A DNA stretch of 64,000 nt from an uncultured Bdellovibrionales bacterium (lineage in GTDB: Bacteria > Patescibacteriota > Minisyncoccia > Moranbacterales > UBA1568), in the NCBI GenBank assembly GCA_964500505.1, contig CAZCNN010000001.1, forward strand, positions 205,056 to 269,055. The letters are read 5' to 3'. The position numbers and the translations under genes were made by a program. This document shows, in pieces, positions 28,743 to 38,994 of this stretch. How positions within the stretch are numbered: position 1 is the first letter of the stretch; each line of letters begins with the position of its first letter. The notes beneath the pieces were generated by a model. It was not told where the DNA came from. It ran no database searches and saw only the letters and a program-made list of their open reading frames with translations.

Positions 28743-29740
28743 TTCTTTTGGGTAGCCCCAATAGTCACCTCATCTCCTTCTTTGAGTCCTGATTTCACTT
28801 CGATAGTTCCTTCGTCACCCTCAAGTCCCGTAGTGACTACCACTTTCTCAAAAGTTGCTGGTCCACGCTTGACCTCAGCATAGGACTGTCCGTTCACCTT
28901 GGAGAGCGCCCGATACGGCACCCAGAGGACGCCCTCGCGCTTAGCCGTTTCGACATCGATGTTGCCCGTCATCCCCTCTCGGAGACGCTTATCGTACTTG
29001 GCCAAACGAAACTTGACCTTATACGACACCACATCCTGCACCACCGTCGAGGCGGGATCGATGCTCACTACTTCGCCTGAAAAAACCTCGTCGTTGGTGA
29101 GAGCATCAAACGTGATACGAGCCTTCATACCGAGGCTCACTTTGGCGATATCCGACTCCGGTACCCGTGATTCGAGGAAGTAGCTCCCTGGCTTGATAAC
29201 ACGAGCAATGACCTTGCCCAATGTCACGACTTCACCGACCCGCGTATCAAACTTGGAAATCTGTCCAGTCATCGGTGATGTCAAAACATTTTCTTTCATC
29301 TGGGCCTCGAGGGTACGGACACTTTCACGTGCTTGCTCAGACAGTAATTTCTTGGCCATCAATTCCTCAGGGGCATAGTTGGTCCGCCCACGACGAAGGA
29401 GTTGCTCTGCCTGCTCCGCTACCCTGGCAGCCACACGGGCCTCTTTCAACTGAGAAAAGAGTACTTCACGATCAAGTGAGACAATCTGGTCACCCTCGGT
29501 CACACTATCACCGACTGCGACCATAACCGCATCAACCGTCCCAGCACTGGCAAATGACAGATCGGCATATTCCTCGGGTACGAGTTCTCCCGTCACACTC
29601 ACTGTTTCTGACACATCTCCCCGCTTGACGGTCTCAGTCTCTACCGCTACGGTTGTGTCTCGCTCGCTAAAATAATAATACCCACCACTAAGTGCGATAA
29701 TGATGAGAATGGCGATGATGACTCTTTTTTTGGTAAACAT
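28739..29740 (-). CDS. Efflux membrane-fusion (periplasmic adaptor) subunit, MacA-like
   Basis: N-terminal TM, lipoyl halves, short hairpin, LREGMT, SGLKEGDEV. Confidence 0.9.
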   Translation of the reverse strand: MFTKKRVIIAILIIIALSGGYYYFSERDTTVAVETETVKRGDVSETVSVTGELVPEEYADLSFASAGTVDAVMVAVGDSVTEGDQIVSLDREVLFSQLKEARVAARVAEQAEQLLRRGRTNYAPEELMAKKLLSEQARESVRTLEAQMKENVLTSPMTGQISKFDTRVGEVVTLGKVIARVIKPGSYFLESRVPESDIAKVSLGMKARITFDALTNDEVFSGEVVSIDPASTVVQDVVSYKVKFRLAKYDKRLREGMTGNIDVETAKREGVLWVPYRALSKVNGQSYAEVKRGPATFEKVVVTTGLEGDEGTIEVKSGLKEGDEVTIGATQKK

Positions 29741-29748
29741 AGTTGTAT

Positions 29749-30177
29749 CTAGAGGAGCGACTTTTGTTTGGTGGCGAGATCCATAGCCTTGTTCGCTTCA
29801 GCATCGGCTCGGGTATTGTATTCACGTCTCACATGGACAAACCGTACTTCGGCAAAATCGAGCATGAGATTCCAGACCTGAAAGAAAAGCGGTTGGAGTT
29901 TTTCGTTTTCAATCTTGTAGATATGATTGAGCTGTTTGCATGCAAGCTCAGAGTCCATCCGACACTCGATATGTGCCTTTTTGGCTTTTTCCTTGCCGAT
30001 GAGGGCCTTGATCTTTTTGAGTCCGGCCACGATAGCACTGTATTCGGCCTCATTATTGGTTTTGGTCCCGAGAAATTCACCAAACGCCACATCAAGCGTC
30101 TCGATAAAGACGCCTGTTGCCGCCGGTCCCGGATTGCCCCGCGACCCCCCATCACTGTACATGACTATTTTCTCCAT
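29749..30177 (-). CDS. rnhA: Ribonuclease HI
   Basis: DGGSRGNPG, TNNEAEY, DSEL, HVRREYNTRAD; start at MEKIV. Confidence 0.92.
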   Translation of the reverse strand: MEKIVMYSDGGSRGNPGPAATGVFIETLDVAFGEFLGTKTNNEAEYSAIVAGLKKIKALIGKEKAKKAHIECRMDSELACKQLNHIYKIENEKLQPLFFQVWNLMLDFAEVRFVHVRREYNTRADAEANKAMDLATKQKSLL

Positions 30178-30178
30178 A

Positions 30179-30265
30179 CCCGGTAGTAGAACTTCGAACG
30201 CGAAGAAAAAATAATTTGGCTCTATAAATATCCCCGGAGAAAATATTCGAAGTTTCACTACCGGG
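30179..30265. mobile_element. MITE-like 87-bp element with 20-bp terminal inverted repeats and CATA direct repeats
   Basis: CCCGGTAGTAGAACTTCGAA ... TTCGAAGTTTCACTACCGGG (18/20), with CATA at 30175-30178 and 30266-30269. Confidence 0.65.
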
Positions 30266-30297
30266 CATAGACCCAGTATAGCAGAAAAATCCCTTAT

Positions 30298-30332
30298 AAA
30301 AAAGAAAAAGCCCAGGAGCGTTGCTCGCTGGG
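30298..30332 (-). terminator. Terminator of the ORFan at 30357-31148
   Basis: CCCAG-C-GAGC-AAC-GCTC-CTGGG stem followed by a T-rich run on minus. Confidence 0.65.
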
Positions 30333-30356
30333 AAAAGTGTCGACTGTTGCTCCTGA

Positions 30357-31148
30357 TTACTCGGAAGCTGGCACTTCCGCAGGCGCCGAGGCAGAATCCG
30401 CGCGCCAGGCATCGTAATGCGTCTGAAGTACCGCAAACGCCTGAGCACTTGCATCATGCCCGGCCTGAGCCGCGGCAAGAGTCTCTACTGCATGCTCGAG
30501 AGCTTGTCTTGCCCGTCTCAATCTCGCCATACAATCGGCTTGCTGTGAGGCATGAGCCTGAAAAGCCAGTGTCACCCAATGTGTAGCACCCGGCCAATGT
30601 GTGTCCAGTTCACGAGGCGATACCCGTAACTCGATGATGGCTCGCATCAATCGATCCAGGGGTGGCCCCGAGACTATCAGCTGTCCATCGACAGATTGCA
30701 AGGCCATCAGAATATCTTGTGTCCCAAAGCACAAGACGATACGCTCACTCCATGTAGCACGAAATAGGGTGCAAAGAACCTGAGATAGCGTCGACCCAGG
30801 TGACACGGCGGGCTTCTCACCGCTCTCGATGAGCGAATGAAACTGAGCCACCACAGGCTCACCTGTCCAGTCATCAGCCAGGCGAGCCAACCCACAATAC
30901 CGAGCCCGTAAAGGACGGAACGGGGCCATGACGTACTTCTCTTCCATCCCGCCAAAACCACTTCCGCACACATCATCACCGTGTCGGAACGGAAAGCTTA
31001 TGATGGCAACGAGCTGTCCAAAATAGTCGGGAAAAATCGGCAACATGTCGCCCTGACCACTCCCCAAGGTTATTGGATTCACCGAAGAATCGTGAGGATT
31101 CAATACAGCTTCCGCCGTGATATGCGAAACCGTCACGTTAAACCGCAT
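30357..31148 (-). CDS. Hypothetical protein (ORFan) with C-terminal helical segment
   Basis: Own promoter, AGGAG SD and terminator; no recognised motif. Confidence 0.65.
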   Translation of the reverse strand: MRFNVTVSHITAEAVLNPHDSSVNPITLGSGQGDMLPIFPDYFGQLVAIISFPFRHGDDVCGSGFGGMEEKYVMAPFRPLRARYCGLARLADDWTGEPVVAQFHSLIESGEKPAVSPGSTLSQVLCTLFRATWSERIVLCFGTQDILMALQSVDGQLIVSGPPLDRLMRAIIELRVSPRELDTHWPGATHWVTLAFQAHASQQADCMARLRRARQALEHAVETLAAAQAGHDASAQAFAVLQTHYDAWRADSASAPAEVPASE

Positions 31149-31199
31149 GTTCATCTCCTGCTAAGTGAGGGCCATGGCCCGGGAAGGTACTGTGCGTCT

Positions 31200-31228
31200 A
31201 CCCTAGCGAAAAAGGTAGGGTCTGTCAA
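31200..31228 (-). promoter_or_regulatory. Sigma70-type promoter
   Basis: TTGACA-N17-TAGGGT. Confidence 0.6.
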
Positions 31229-31232
31229 AAAC

Positions 31233-32945
31233 CTAGTGACGCTTGATGTCGACCAACTTGAGCTGGAGAGAGGTGGAGCCATTCCAGGTATTTTCATCGA
31301 TGGTAAAGGCGATGTCGAGCACATCGTTTTCCTTGAGGTCAGGGAAGTTAGTGCCGAGCGAAAATCCGATAGCATCAAGACACTTAATCCCGCCCTGGGG
31401 GACGAGAGAGAGCTTCCAGTGCTTACTCCCATTCCCGACGAGACGCGCCTCGCGTACCACCATGTTCCGGAGCGCAAAGACTGGCTCGGGATTACCCTCA
31501 CCAAAGGGGGCAAAGGCCGAGATATCACGATAGAGCTTGGGGGTGATGTGTTCCGGCTCAAGGACGAGGTCAATCCACTGCTCCGGCTCGGTCACTACAT
31601 CGGCCAATTTTTTCTCGACTATCGAATTGAATTTGTCATAAAACGCGTCCATCCGGTCATTTTGGATGGTCATCCCGGCCGCCTGGGCATGTCCACCGAA
31701 TTTCTCGAGCATATCGCCACATTCCTCGAGGGCCTCGATGATATTGAGCTCGGGGATACTCCGAAATGATCCCGTACTCGTAGTCTCTCCTTTGGTCATG
31801 ACACAGGTCGGCTTGTGGAGTTCGTTGGCGATGCGTCCAGCAATGAGACCTACCACGCCGTAGGGAAAATGCTCATCGGCGGCAAAGATAAATTTCTTGT
31901 CGGCAAACTTCTCGAGGGCAATCTTGCGAACCCGATCGGTCACTTCGGTACTCACTTTCTGACGACGGACATTGCAGTCATCGAGCTCAAGGGCGAGTAC
32001 CCGAGCTTCGGCCTGATCGCGCTCCATGAGGAGTCGATGGGCGAGCATCGCATGAGCCATGCGCGAGGCAGCGTTGATCCGTGGCGCAATCTGAAAGCCA
32101 ATCATCCGAGCATTGGGGAGGTGCTCAGCATCAATCGGTATCCGCCCCACGGCAAACATCTCTTGAAAGCCGACACGTTTCGTTTTGGACAGCACGATAA
32201 GGCCGTACTTCACAATACAGCGGTTCTCACCGATAAGCGGCATGACGTCAGCGACTGTCCCCGTCGCCACTACATCGAGGAGCCACTTCAATTGGTCAAT
32301 TTCCTTGGGGAGGTACCGCATATAGAGGGCTTGGGCCACCTTGAAACTGGTCCCCGCACCACACAGTTCCCGAAAAGGATATTTCTCAGTCGGAACTTTT
32401 GGATTGACGATGGCATAGGCCTCGGGCATCACCTCGGGCACATGGTGATGGTCGATGACAATCGTGGCGATACCCCGACGCTTGGCCTCGAGGATCACAT
32501 CGTGATTCATGATGCCACAGTCGAGGGTAAGGACGAGCTTGATACCCTTACTCTCAAAGAAATCCACTGCAAGTAGATTGAACCCATGCCCTTCGTTGAC
32601 TTTTTCGGGGATATAGACCTCGACCGGTACTCCGATCGCTTGGAGCGCCTCCCGCATGATGACGGACGAAGTCACGCCGTCAGCATCAAAGTCGCCAAAG
32701 ACTCCGACGGTCTCGAGGTTGGCCCGAGCCTCGCCGAGACGGGTCACTATTTTCTCCATCTCAAGAAAGAGGAACGGATCATGGATATCACGGTCAAAGT
32801 TCGGCGACAAGAAAATGTCCCGGGCCTCCTTGGTCGTGTAGCCCCGTTCGCTGAGAAGCGCGTCCGTCACCGGATGCCACTCTTCCTGCCCCGTACTCTT
32901 GGGCAAACTCGCAATTTTATATTTCCACTGTGGCATACCCATCAA
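31233..32945 (-). CDS. recJ: Single-stranded-DNA exonuclease RecJ
   Basis: GDFDADG, DCG, DHH, APRINAA, GSFRS, FGGHAQAAG; exact start uncertain (32936-32945). Confidence 0.95.
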   Translation of the reverse strand: MMGMPQWKYKIASLPKSTGQEEWHPVTDALLSERGYTTKEARDIFLSPNFDRDIHDPFLFLEMEKIVTRLGEARANLETVGVFGDFDADGVTSSVIMREALQAIGVPVEVYIPEKVNEGHGFNLLAVDFFESKGIKLVLTLDCGIMNHDVILEAKRRGIATIVIDHHHVPEVMPEAYAIVNPKVPTEKYPFRELCGAGTSFKVAQALYMRYLPKEIDQLKWLLDVVATGTVADVMPLIGENRCIVKYGLIVLSKTKRVGFQEMFAVGRIPIDAEHLPNARMIGFQIAPRINAASRMAHAMLAHRLLMERDQAEARVLALELDDCNVRRQKVSTEVTDRVRKIALEKFADKKFIFAADEHFPYGVVGLIAGRIANELHKPTCVMTKGETTSTGSFRSIPELNIIEALEECGDMLEKFGGHAQAAGMTIQNDRMDAFYDKFNSIVEKKLADVVTEPEQWIDLVLEPEHITPKLYRDISAFAPFGEGNPEPVFALRNMVVREARLVGNGSKHWKLSLVPQGGIKCLDAIGFSLGTNFPDLKENDVLDIAFTIDENTWNGSTSLQLKLVDIKRH

Positions 32946-33018
32946 ATAATCATAACTTTCTCAGTCTAACACAAAAGAAAAACCCGCGCTCTGATGACAG
33001 CACGGGCTCAAACTCTAC

Positions 33019-34104
33019 CTATTTTACCCCCTTCAAAGATTCAATAGCGTGTTTGGCTTCGGAAGAGAGTTTCTTGGGGACGGAGAGCGTTACTGAGACC
33101 AGGTGATCGCCACGGCCGTAGCGCTGGAGATGAGGTACGCCTTTACCCTTGATACGGAAGACCTCCCCTGGCTGAGTCCCAGCCGGGATTTTCATAATCA
33201 CTTCACCCTCGATTGTCTCAATCGAGACCTTGGCCCCGAGCGCCGCTTCAGCAAAGCTCATGGCGTACTCTGTAACAATATCGTCTCCCTTGCGAACCAA
33301 AGTCTCATGCGGTCGCACATGGACATTGACATAGAGATCCCCTGGCCGGCTCCCGGCTTCTCCAGCGGCACCGTGCCCCGAGAGGGAAAGTGTCTGGCCA
33401 TCGCTGATACCAGCGGGGATATCGATACTGACACTTTCTTCACGCTGTGTCCGACCAGCTCCATGACACGTACTACACTGATCCGCATAGGTCTTGCCCC
33501 GACCCTGACACCGATCACAGGTCACAACCTGCTCCATCATGCCAAAGATACTCTGGACAGCCCGACGCACCCGACCAGCACCCAGACACTGCGCACAGGT
33601 GTTTTCTTGGCTCCCGGGTTTGCCGCCCGTCCCGTAACAGGTCTCACACTCGGACAGTTTACGCAAGTGCACTTCACGCTTGACCCCTCGGACCATTTCT
33701 TCGAACGATATCTCCACATCTACCTGGATATCAGCGCCGGCACGAGCCCGTCCACGTCCACCCATCCGTCCACCAAACAAATCAGAAAAAACATCCTCAA
33801 AGCCGGAGCCGTTGAAGTTAAATTCTTGCCCGTTGAAATCAAAACCTCCAAATCCACCAAAGCCTCCCTGGCCCGCGCCACCACCCTGACCCTGGGAGTG
33901 ATAATCCTGACCGGTCTGGTCGTAGCGGGCGCGCTTTTCTTTATTCCCGAGCACCTGGTAGGCCTCGTTAATTTCCTTGAACTTCTTTTCGTCGCCCGTC
34001 CCCTTGTCCGGATGGTACTGGTGGGCCAGCTTGCGAAAAGCCTTTTTGATCTCGTCCTCGGAGGCGCCCCGCGAAACACCGAGCGTACTGTAGTAGTCAG
34101 CCAT
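33019..34104 (-). CDS. dnaJ: Chaperone DnaJ
   Basis: HPD J-domain, G/F region, four CxxCxGxG repeats. Confidence 0.97.
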   Translation of the reverse strand: MADYYSTLGVSRGASEDEIKKAFRKLAHQYHPDKGTGDEKKFKEINEAYQVLGNKEKRARYDQTGQDYHSQGQGGGAGQGGFGGFGGFDFNGQEFNFNGSGFEDVFSDLFGGRMGGRGRARAGADIQVDVEISFEEMVRGVKREVHLRKLSECETCYGTGGKPGSQENTCAQCLGAGRVRRAVQSIFGMMEQVVTCDRCQGRGKTYADQCSTCHGAGRTQREESVSIDIPAGISDGQTLSLSGHGAAGEAGSRPGDLYVNVHVRPHETLVRKGDDIVTEYAMSFAEAALGAKVSIETIEGEVIMKIPAGTQPGEVFRIKGKGVPHLQRYGRGDHLVSVTLSVPKKLSSEAKHAIESLKGVK

Positions 34105-34134
34105 AGGAAAACTGAAAGCATTTAGACAGCTTCT

Positions 34135-34183
34135 ATTCTAGCGTAAAAAGCCAAAATTAGCAATCCCTATACATGAGTGCTAA
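34135..34183 (-). promoter_or_regulatory. CIRCE (HrcA operator) overlapping the -35 of the dnaJ promoter
   Basis: TTAGCACTC-N9-GATTGCTAA at 34157-34183 (one mismatch to consensus); promoter TTGCTA-N17-TAGAAT. Confidence 0.9.
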
Positions 34184-35260
34184 TCACGGGAGGAGGACCT
34201 CCTGGGAACGTGGGGCCCGGGTGAGCGTAAGCCAGCCAAAGAAGATACCGATTCGGAAAACCACAAAACCAAAAGAAACCCAGAGAATCCCGAGAGCCGA
34301 ACCAAGGGGAAGAAGCGTCAAAAATAAAAGTACCGCCAGGACAAATGGCACGATAGCCGGTGAAAGGTGACGCGATGCCTGCTCGCCATTTAGGACCGTA
34401 ATAATACGGTTTTGGATGGCCACTGAAAACACATCAGCAATCTTCTCATCCCCTCGAATCTCTTTCCCCGTGAGACGGGCGACTTCGGCACGACCACGTG
34501 CAAGATAGAGCGCCTGAGTAAGTGCGGGGATATCGGAACTTTCACCCTGAGCGATGTTCTCTTTGACATATACCATGAGCTCAGGTGAAACACCGCTCAT
34601 CTCCTGATTTGCCCCCTCAGACGTCTGGTCTTTCTCCAAACTCAAAAGAAAGTCATCGACCGTCATGCCATCATTGGCGAGCGCCTGCCACTCAGGATTG
34701 AATGAGGCCACGGCTTTGAAGATAATACTTGCGGTCCCCTCCCCGAGGCTGAAGCGCGGTACGAGCTCTTCCCATGATTCGGTCTCGATGGTCGAAAAAT
34801 AGGCACTCGAGAGGGCGAGTGACAAGGCAAACACAAAGGTAAACACCCCAGCCCGAACATTACGAAAAAAGAGAAACCGAACTCGATCATCCATCTCGTC
34901 TTGAACCAGACGAATAGCCAGATACGCAAAGAGCGACGCAATCAAGACAAAGACCAAGTGATACCAAGTCTGTACAAAGAGGAGGCTCGGGACAAACAAA
35001 ACGAGTGGCGCAGCCACCTGTGACAATCGCTCACGCCACACCAGCGTCCCGAGGACATAGGCCGTACCGAGAAACGCGAACCAAGCGAGTGCTGTGAGCG
35101 TGGTGTTCAAATCTGGCAGGAGGACAGTCTCCAGGAATACTTGCCACGAACCAATCGATAGGAGTCCGACCGAAAGGACCACGAAAATCCCAAAAATATC
35201 ACGACTACTAAAGCGCTTGGGAGATACCGCCACAGTTGTCACCTGAGGTTTAGAGTCCAT
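34184..35260 (-). CDS. Multi-pass membrane hypothetical protein
   Basis: About 6-7 hydrophobic segments; overlaps the mltG stop. Confidence 0.75.
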   Translation of the reverse strand: MDSKPQVTTVAVSPKRFSSRDIFGIFVVLSVGLLSIGSWQVFLETVLLPDLNTTLTALAWFAFLGTAYVLGTLVWRERLSQVAAPLVLFVPSLLFVQTWYHLVFVLIASLFAYLAIRLVQDEMDDRVRFLFFRNVRAGVFTFVFALSLALSSAYFSTIETESWEELVPRFSLGEGTASIIFKAVASFNPEWQALANDGMTVDDFLLSLEKDQTSEGANQEMSGVSPELMVYVKENIAQGESSDIPALTQALYLARGRAEVARLTGKEIRGDEKIADVFSVAIQNRIITVLNGEQASRHLSPAIVPFVLAVLLFLTLLPLGSALGILWVSFGFVVFRIGIFFGWLTLTRAPRSQEVLLP

Positions 35261-36260
35261 GAAGCGTACGGTTACGCACGTGTTCCTCGAATGTCGTCGC
35301 GTAGACGGTCTCGCCTGTTTTGAGGCTCACCAGGAAATAGTAGTATGGGTTGGACCGAGGGGTGACGGCGGCCTCGAGTGAAACGAGACTGGGGTTTGTA
35401 ATTGGTCCCGGAGGCAAACCGGCGTATTTGTAGGTATTGTATGGCGAATCTGCATCGATGTCTTTGAACGTCGGCTGGAGCCGAGTCGTACCATGGACAT
35501 AGTTGACCGTGGCATCACTCTGGAGTGCCTGTCCGATGGCAATCCGCTTCCAAAATACATCACTGATCATGACGCGTTCATCCTTGGTCCGACCCTCTTC
35601 TTCGATGATGCTCGCCATGGTGACAAGTGAGAAAAAGCTTTTGCCAGTCTGTTTCGCACGAGGTGCGAGCCCCTCATATTTCTTGGCAAAGGTATCGAGG
35701 AGCGTCGTCACGATGGTTGTCGCGGTCGCTTCGGGAAGAAAGCGATAGGTATCCGGAAAGAGAAATCCCTCAAGCGTCGCCCCTACTGGAGCATCAGCCA
35801 AGAAAGCATACTTGGTCCGCCACTCTGGGAGCGGCTTCTCAGCCAAGGCCAAAAACTCCTCACCCGGGAGACCTACCTTGGTCAACCGCTCTGCCATCTG
35901 GGTCATAGTGAAGCCCTCTGGAAAGGTCACTTTGATATCGCGCGACACGGTCTTACCAGAAGTCACGATGGTACCGACCTCTGGAATAGTCGTACTACCC
36001 GAAAGCAAGTATTCGCCCGCAACGATGTCGTGTGTTTTTTGCTCTCGAGAGAGGTACCAGAGAAAGGCGTACTGTGAAAACACAATGCCGGATTCCTTGA
36101 GCCGTCCGCCGAGCTCGAGGGCATTCTCGCCTGATGCCACAACAAACCGCTGTTCTCCTGGTATTGAGCCAGTGAAATGATCGATGGCATACGAACCAGC
36201 CAAAAAGAACGCTCCGCTCACAAGCGTACCGATGATGGCAATGACAAAAAAGAGACGCAC
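35250..36260 (-). CDS. mltG: Endolytic transglycosylase MltG
   Basis: LEGFLFPDTY, ASIIEEE, LQSDAT, SPYNTYKYAGLPPGPI. Confidence 0.95.
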   Translation of the reverse strand: MRLFFVIAIIGTLVSGAFFLAGSYAIDHFTGSIPGEQRFVVASGENALELGGRLKESGIVFSQYAFLWYLSREQKTHDIVAGEYLLSGSTTIPEVGTIVTSGKTVSRDIKVTFPEGFTMTQMAERLTKVGLPGEEFLALAEKPLPEWRTKYAFLADAPVGATLEGFLFPDTYRFLPEATATTIVTTLLDTFAKKYEGLAPRAKQTGKSFFSLVTMASIIEEEGRTKDERVMISDVFWKRIAIGQALQSDATVNYVHGTTRLQPTFKDIDADSPYNTYKYAGLPPGPITNPSLVSLEAAVTPRSNPYYYFLVSLKTGETVYATTFEEHVRNRTLHGL

Positions 36261-36271
36261 AGGAAAGAAGT

Positions 36272-36715
36272 TTAGAGTCCAGTTACCTGCACGACGACAT
36301 CGCGCTTGCGCGAACCGTCAAATTCTACTGCAAAGATACTCTGTCGCTCGGTGAGGAGGAGCTTGCCCTTTTCCACGGGTACTACCTCGCTATTGCCAAG
36401 GAGGATAGCTTTACAGTGCGAATGACCATTGCTCCGGCCATCAGCAGTCCCAGATGTGCGACGGAGTTCAAACAAATCATGAGAATACTGAGCGTCCACC
36501 GGCACAATCTTGTAGAGCACCCGCATAAAGTCTTGCAGGAGCATGGGCTCATTGTGATTGATAGCTATGCCCATGGTCGTATGCGGGACATAGATGAGCG
36601 CCTGGCCCTCACGTACCCCTGAACGATCCACTACTTCTTGGATCTTATCCGTCATGTCCATGAATTCGATCTGAGATTTGCTCTCAAGATCGATTCGCTC
36701 CTTATGTATTTTCAT
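36272..36715 (-). CDS. yjbQ: YjbQ (UPF0047) family protein
   Basis: PHTT, YSHD, NGHSH, QSIFAVEFDG. Confidence 0.88.
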   Translation of the reverse strand: MKIHKERIDLESKSQIEFMDMTDKIQEVVDRSGVREGQALIYVPHTTMGIAINHNEPMLLQDFMRVLYKIVPVDAQYSHDLFELRRTSGTADGRSNGHSHCKAILLGNSEVVPVEKGKLLLTERQSIFAVEFDGSRKRDVVVQVTGL

Positions 36716-36745
36716 AGTTTTTATTTTTCTCCTCTCGATCAGGAC

Positions 36746-37057
36746 CTAGAGCGCGGCGAGCTCGGCCTTGAGGGTATCTTTCGGTTGGACACCGATATAT
36801 TCTTTGACAACTGCCCCGGCCTTGAAGACTTTCATGGTTGGAATCGACATGATACCGAACTGCTGAGCTATTTCCGGATGTTCATCAACATTCAGCTTGC
36901 CAATTTTGACCGTCGTCACTTCGGTTGCCAGTTCCTCAATCACTGGACCCATCATCTGGCAGGGACCACACCATGGTGCCCAAAAATCGACGAGAACTGG
37001 TTTATCGCTTTTGATTACTTCGGCCTCAAAATTATCTTTCGTAAATTCAACCGCCAT
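36746..37057 (-). CDS. trxA: Thioredoxin
   Basis: WCGPC. Confidence 0.96.
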   Translation of the reverse strand: MAVEFTKDNFEAEVIKSDKPVLVDFWAPWCGPCQMMGPVIEELATEVTTVKIGKLNVDEHPEIAQQFGIMSIPTMKVFKAGAVVKEYIGVQPKDTLKAELAAL

Positions 37058-37088
37058 ATTTGTGGAGAAAAAAGTATATTACCCTCCT

Positions 37089-37117
37089 AGTATACCGAAA
37101 CTCGAGAGAATTGGCAA
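37089..37117 (-). promoter_or_regulatory. Sigma70-type promoter of trxA
   Basis: TTGCCA-N17-TATACT. Confidence 0.7.
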
Positions 37118-37126
37118 AACAACTCA

Positions 37127-38941
37127 TTAGGACTTCTTGAGCACAGCGAGGAATGCTGAGGATGGGATAGAGACTCGACCAGCACCCATTTCTTTGGCTT
37201 TTTTCTTGCCTCTCTTTTGCTTCTCGAGGAGTTTTTTCTTACGTGAAAAGTCACCACCGTACATATAGCCTGTCACATCCTTGCGGTACGCTGCGATAGT
37301 CTCACGGGCGATAACCTTGCCACCGATGGCGGCCTGGAGGGCCACGGCAAAGTTTTGCCTCGGCAAGACCTCCTTTAGCTTTTCTACCACGCGCTTGCCC
37401 TCACTGTGGGCATCACGGCGGGGTACCATCCGAGCAAAGGCATCCACCGCTTCATTGGCGACCAAGATATCGAGCTTGATGACGTCACTCTCCCGATACC
37501 CGATCAGTTCATAGTTCATCGAGGCATAGCCAGAAGAGACACTCTTCAGATCATCGTGAAAATTGACGATCACATCCATGAGAGGCGCTTCGAAGGAGAG
37601 GAGCACCCGCTCTTCATCGAGATACTCAGTGTTCTTGTAGTCTGCACGTATCGACTGCGCCAGTTGCATGACCCCGCCGAGGTACTCACTCGGGGTGACG
37701 ATGGAGAGAGAGACATACGGCTCGTACATCATCTCTATGCCCGCGGGATCCGGCAGATCGACTGGCGAATAAAGCGGGACATGGGCCGTCTCACCCCGGA
37801 GCTTCATCTCATAAACGACCGATGGCGTAGTAATAGTCGGCACCAGATCAAACTCACGCTCGAGACGCGCCTGGATAATTTCGAGATGGAGGAGCCCCAA
37901 GAAACCACAGCGGAATCCCCGCCCGAGGGCCTGATTACTCTCTGGTTCAAAGGTGAAAGCAGCATCATTGAGCTTCAGCTTGTCGAGGGCATCACGCATG
38001 AGGGTATAGTCATCACCGTCGACCGGATACATACTGGCATAAACTGCGGGACGGATTTCTTTGTAGCCAGGCAGTCGCTCAACGACCGTCTGGTCGCGCT
38101 CTTTTTTCTTCCAAGTCACCGTGTCACCGACGCGACAGTCCGCCACTGCCTTGAGCCCAGTCGCGATATAGCCGATATCACCGGCCCGGAGGACGTCAGT
38201 CGCGACGAGGTTGGGATGAAAGAGTCCTACTTCGACAGTCACGCCCTCCTTTTCAGTCCCGAGCATATGGAGGACATCATCACGTTTGACGGTGCCATCA
38301 ACGACCTTCACGTAGGCCACTACGCCTTTGTAGGTGTTGTAGATCGAATCAAAGATAAGCGCGCGGAGGGGCGCCGTCTCATCACCTCCAGGGGCTGGGG
38401 TACGTTCAATCACGCGCTCAAGTACAGCTTCGACGCCGAGACCCGTCTTGCCAGAGGCAAGGAGGATATCGTTTTCATCACAGCCGAGAATATGGACAAT
38501 TTCTTTGCGTGTCTTGTCGACCTGAGCGTTCGGGAGATCAATCTTGTTGATGACCGGGACAATCTCGAGGCCCTGCTCAATAGCGAGGTAGAGATTGGCG
38601 AGTGTCTGCGCCTGCACCCCCTTGGTCGCATCGACGAGAAGGATAGCTCCCTCCACCGCTGCGAGCGACCGGGAGACTTCATAGTGAAAGTCGACGTGAC
38701 CAGGGGTATCGATCAAGTTCAGCTCATAGTCCACGTCCTTGTACCGGTGAAACATCTTGACCGGCTGGAGCTTGATGGTGATGCCACGCTCCCGCTCCAG
38801 ATCCATCTGATCAAGCAGTTGTTCCTTCATCTTGCGCTTTTCCACCGTGTGAGTGAGGTCGATAAGTCTATCGGCCAGGGTGGATTTCCCATGGTCAATA
38901 TGCGCAATAATGCAGAAATTTCGGATATGCTCTTGTCTCAT
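37127..38941 (-). CDS. lepA: Elongation factor 4 (LepA)
   Basis: IAHIDHGKSTLADR, RERGITIK, DTPGH, GFRCGFLGLLH, KKLLEKQK. Confidence 0.97.
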   Translation of the reverse strand: MRQEHIRNFCIIAHIDHGKSTLADRLIDLTHTVEKRKMKEQLLDQMDLERERGITIKLQPVKMFHRYKDVDYELNLIDTPGHVDFHYEVSRSLAAVEGAILLVDATKGVQAQTLANLYLAIEQGLEIVPVINKIDLPNAQVDKTRKEIVHILGCDENDILLASGKTGLGVEAVLERVIERTPAPGGDETAPLRALIFDSIYNTYKGVVAYVKVVDGTVKRDDVLHMLGTEKEGVTVEVGLFHPNLVATDVLRAGDIGYIATGLKAVADCRVGDTVTWKKKERDQTVVERLPGYKEIRPAVYASMYPVDGDDYTLMRDALDKLKLNDAAFTFEPESNQALGRGFRCGFLGLLHLEIIQARLEREFDLVPTITTPSVVYEMKLRGETAHVPLYSPVDLPDPAGIEMMYEPYVSLSIVTPSEYLGGVMQLAQSIRADYKNTEYLDEERVLLSFEAPLMDVIVNFHDDLKSVSSGYASMNYELIGYRESDVIKLDILVANEAVDAFARMVPRRDAHSEGKRVVEKLKEVLPRQNFAVALQAAIGGKVIARETIAAYRKDVTGYMYGGDFSRKKKLLEKQKRGKKKAKEMGAGRVSIPSSAFLAVLKKS

Positions 38942-38994
38942 AAGTTTTCTTGCCACGAGATTCCCTCAGGAATTTTTCGTGGTCCATTCCTAGA

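Noticed and set aside
25515-29740. Two tandem MacB-like permeases as a novel system
   Set aside because: MFP-ATPase-permease-permease is a common ABC exporter layout.
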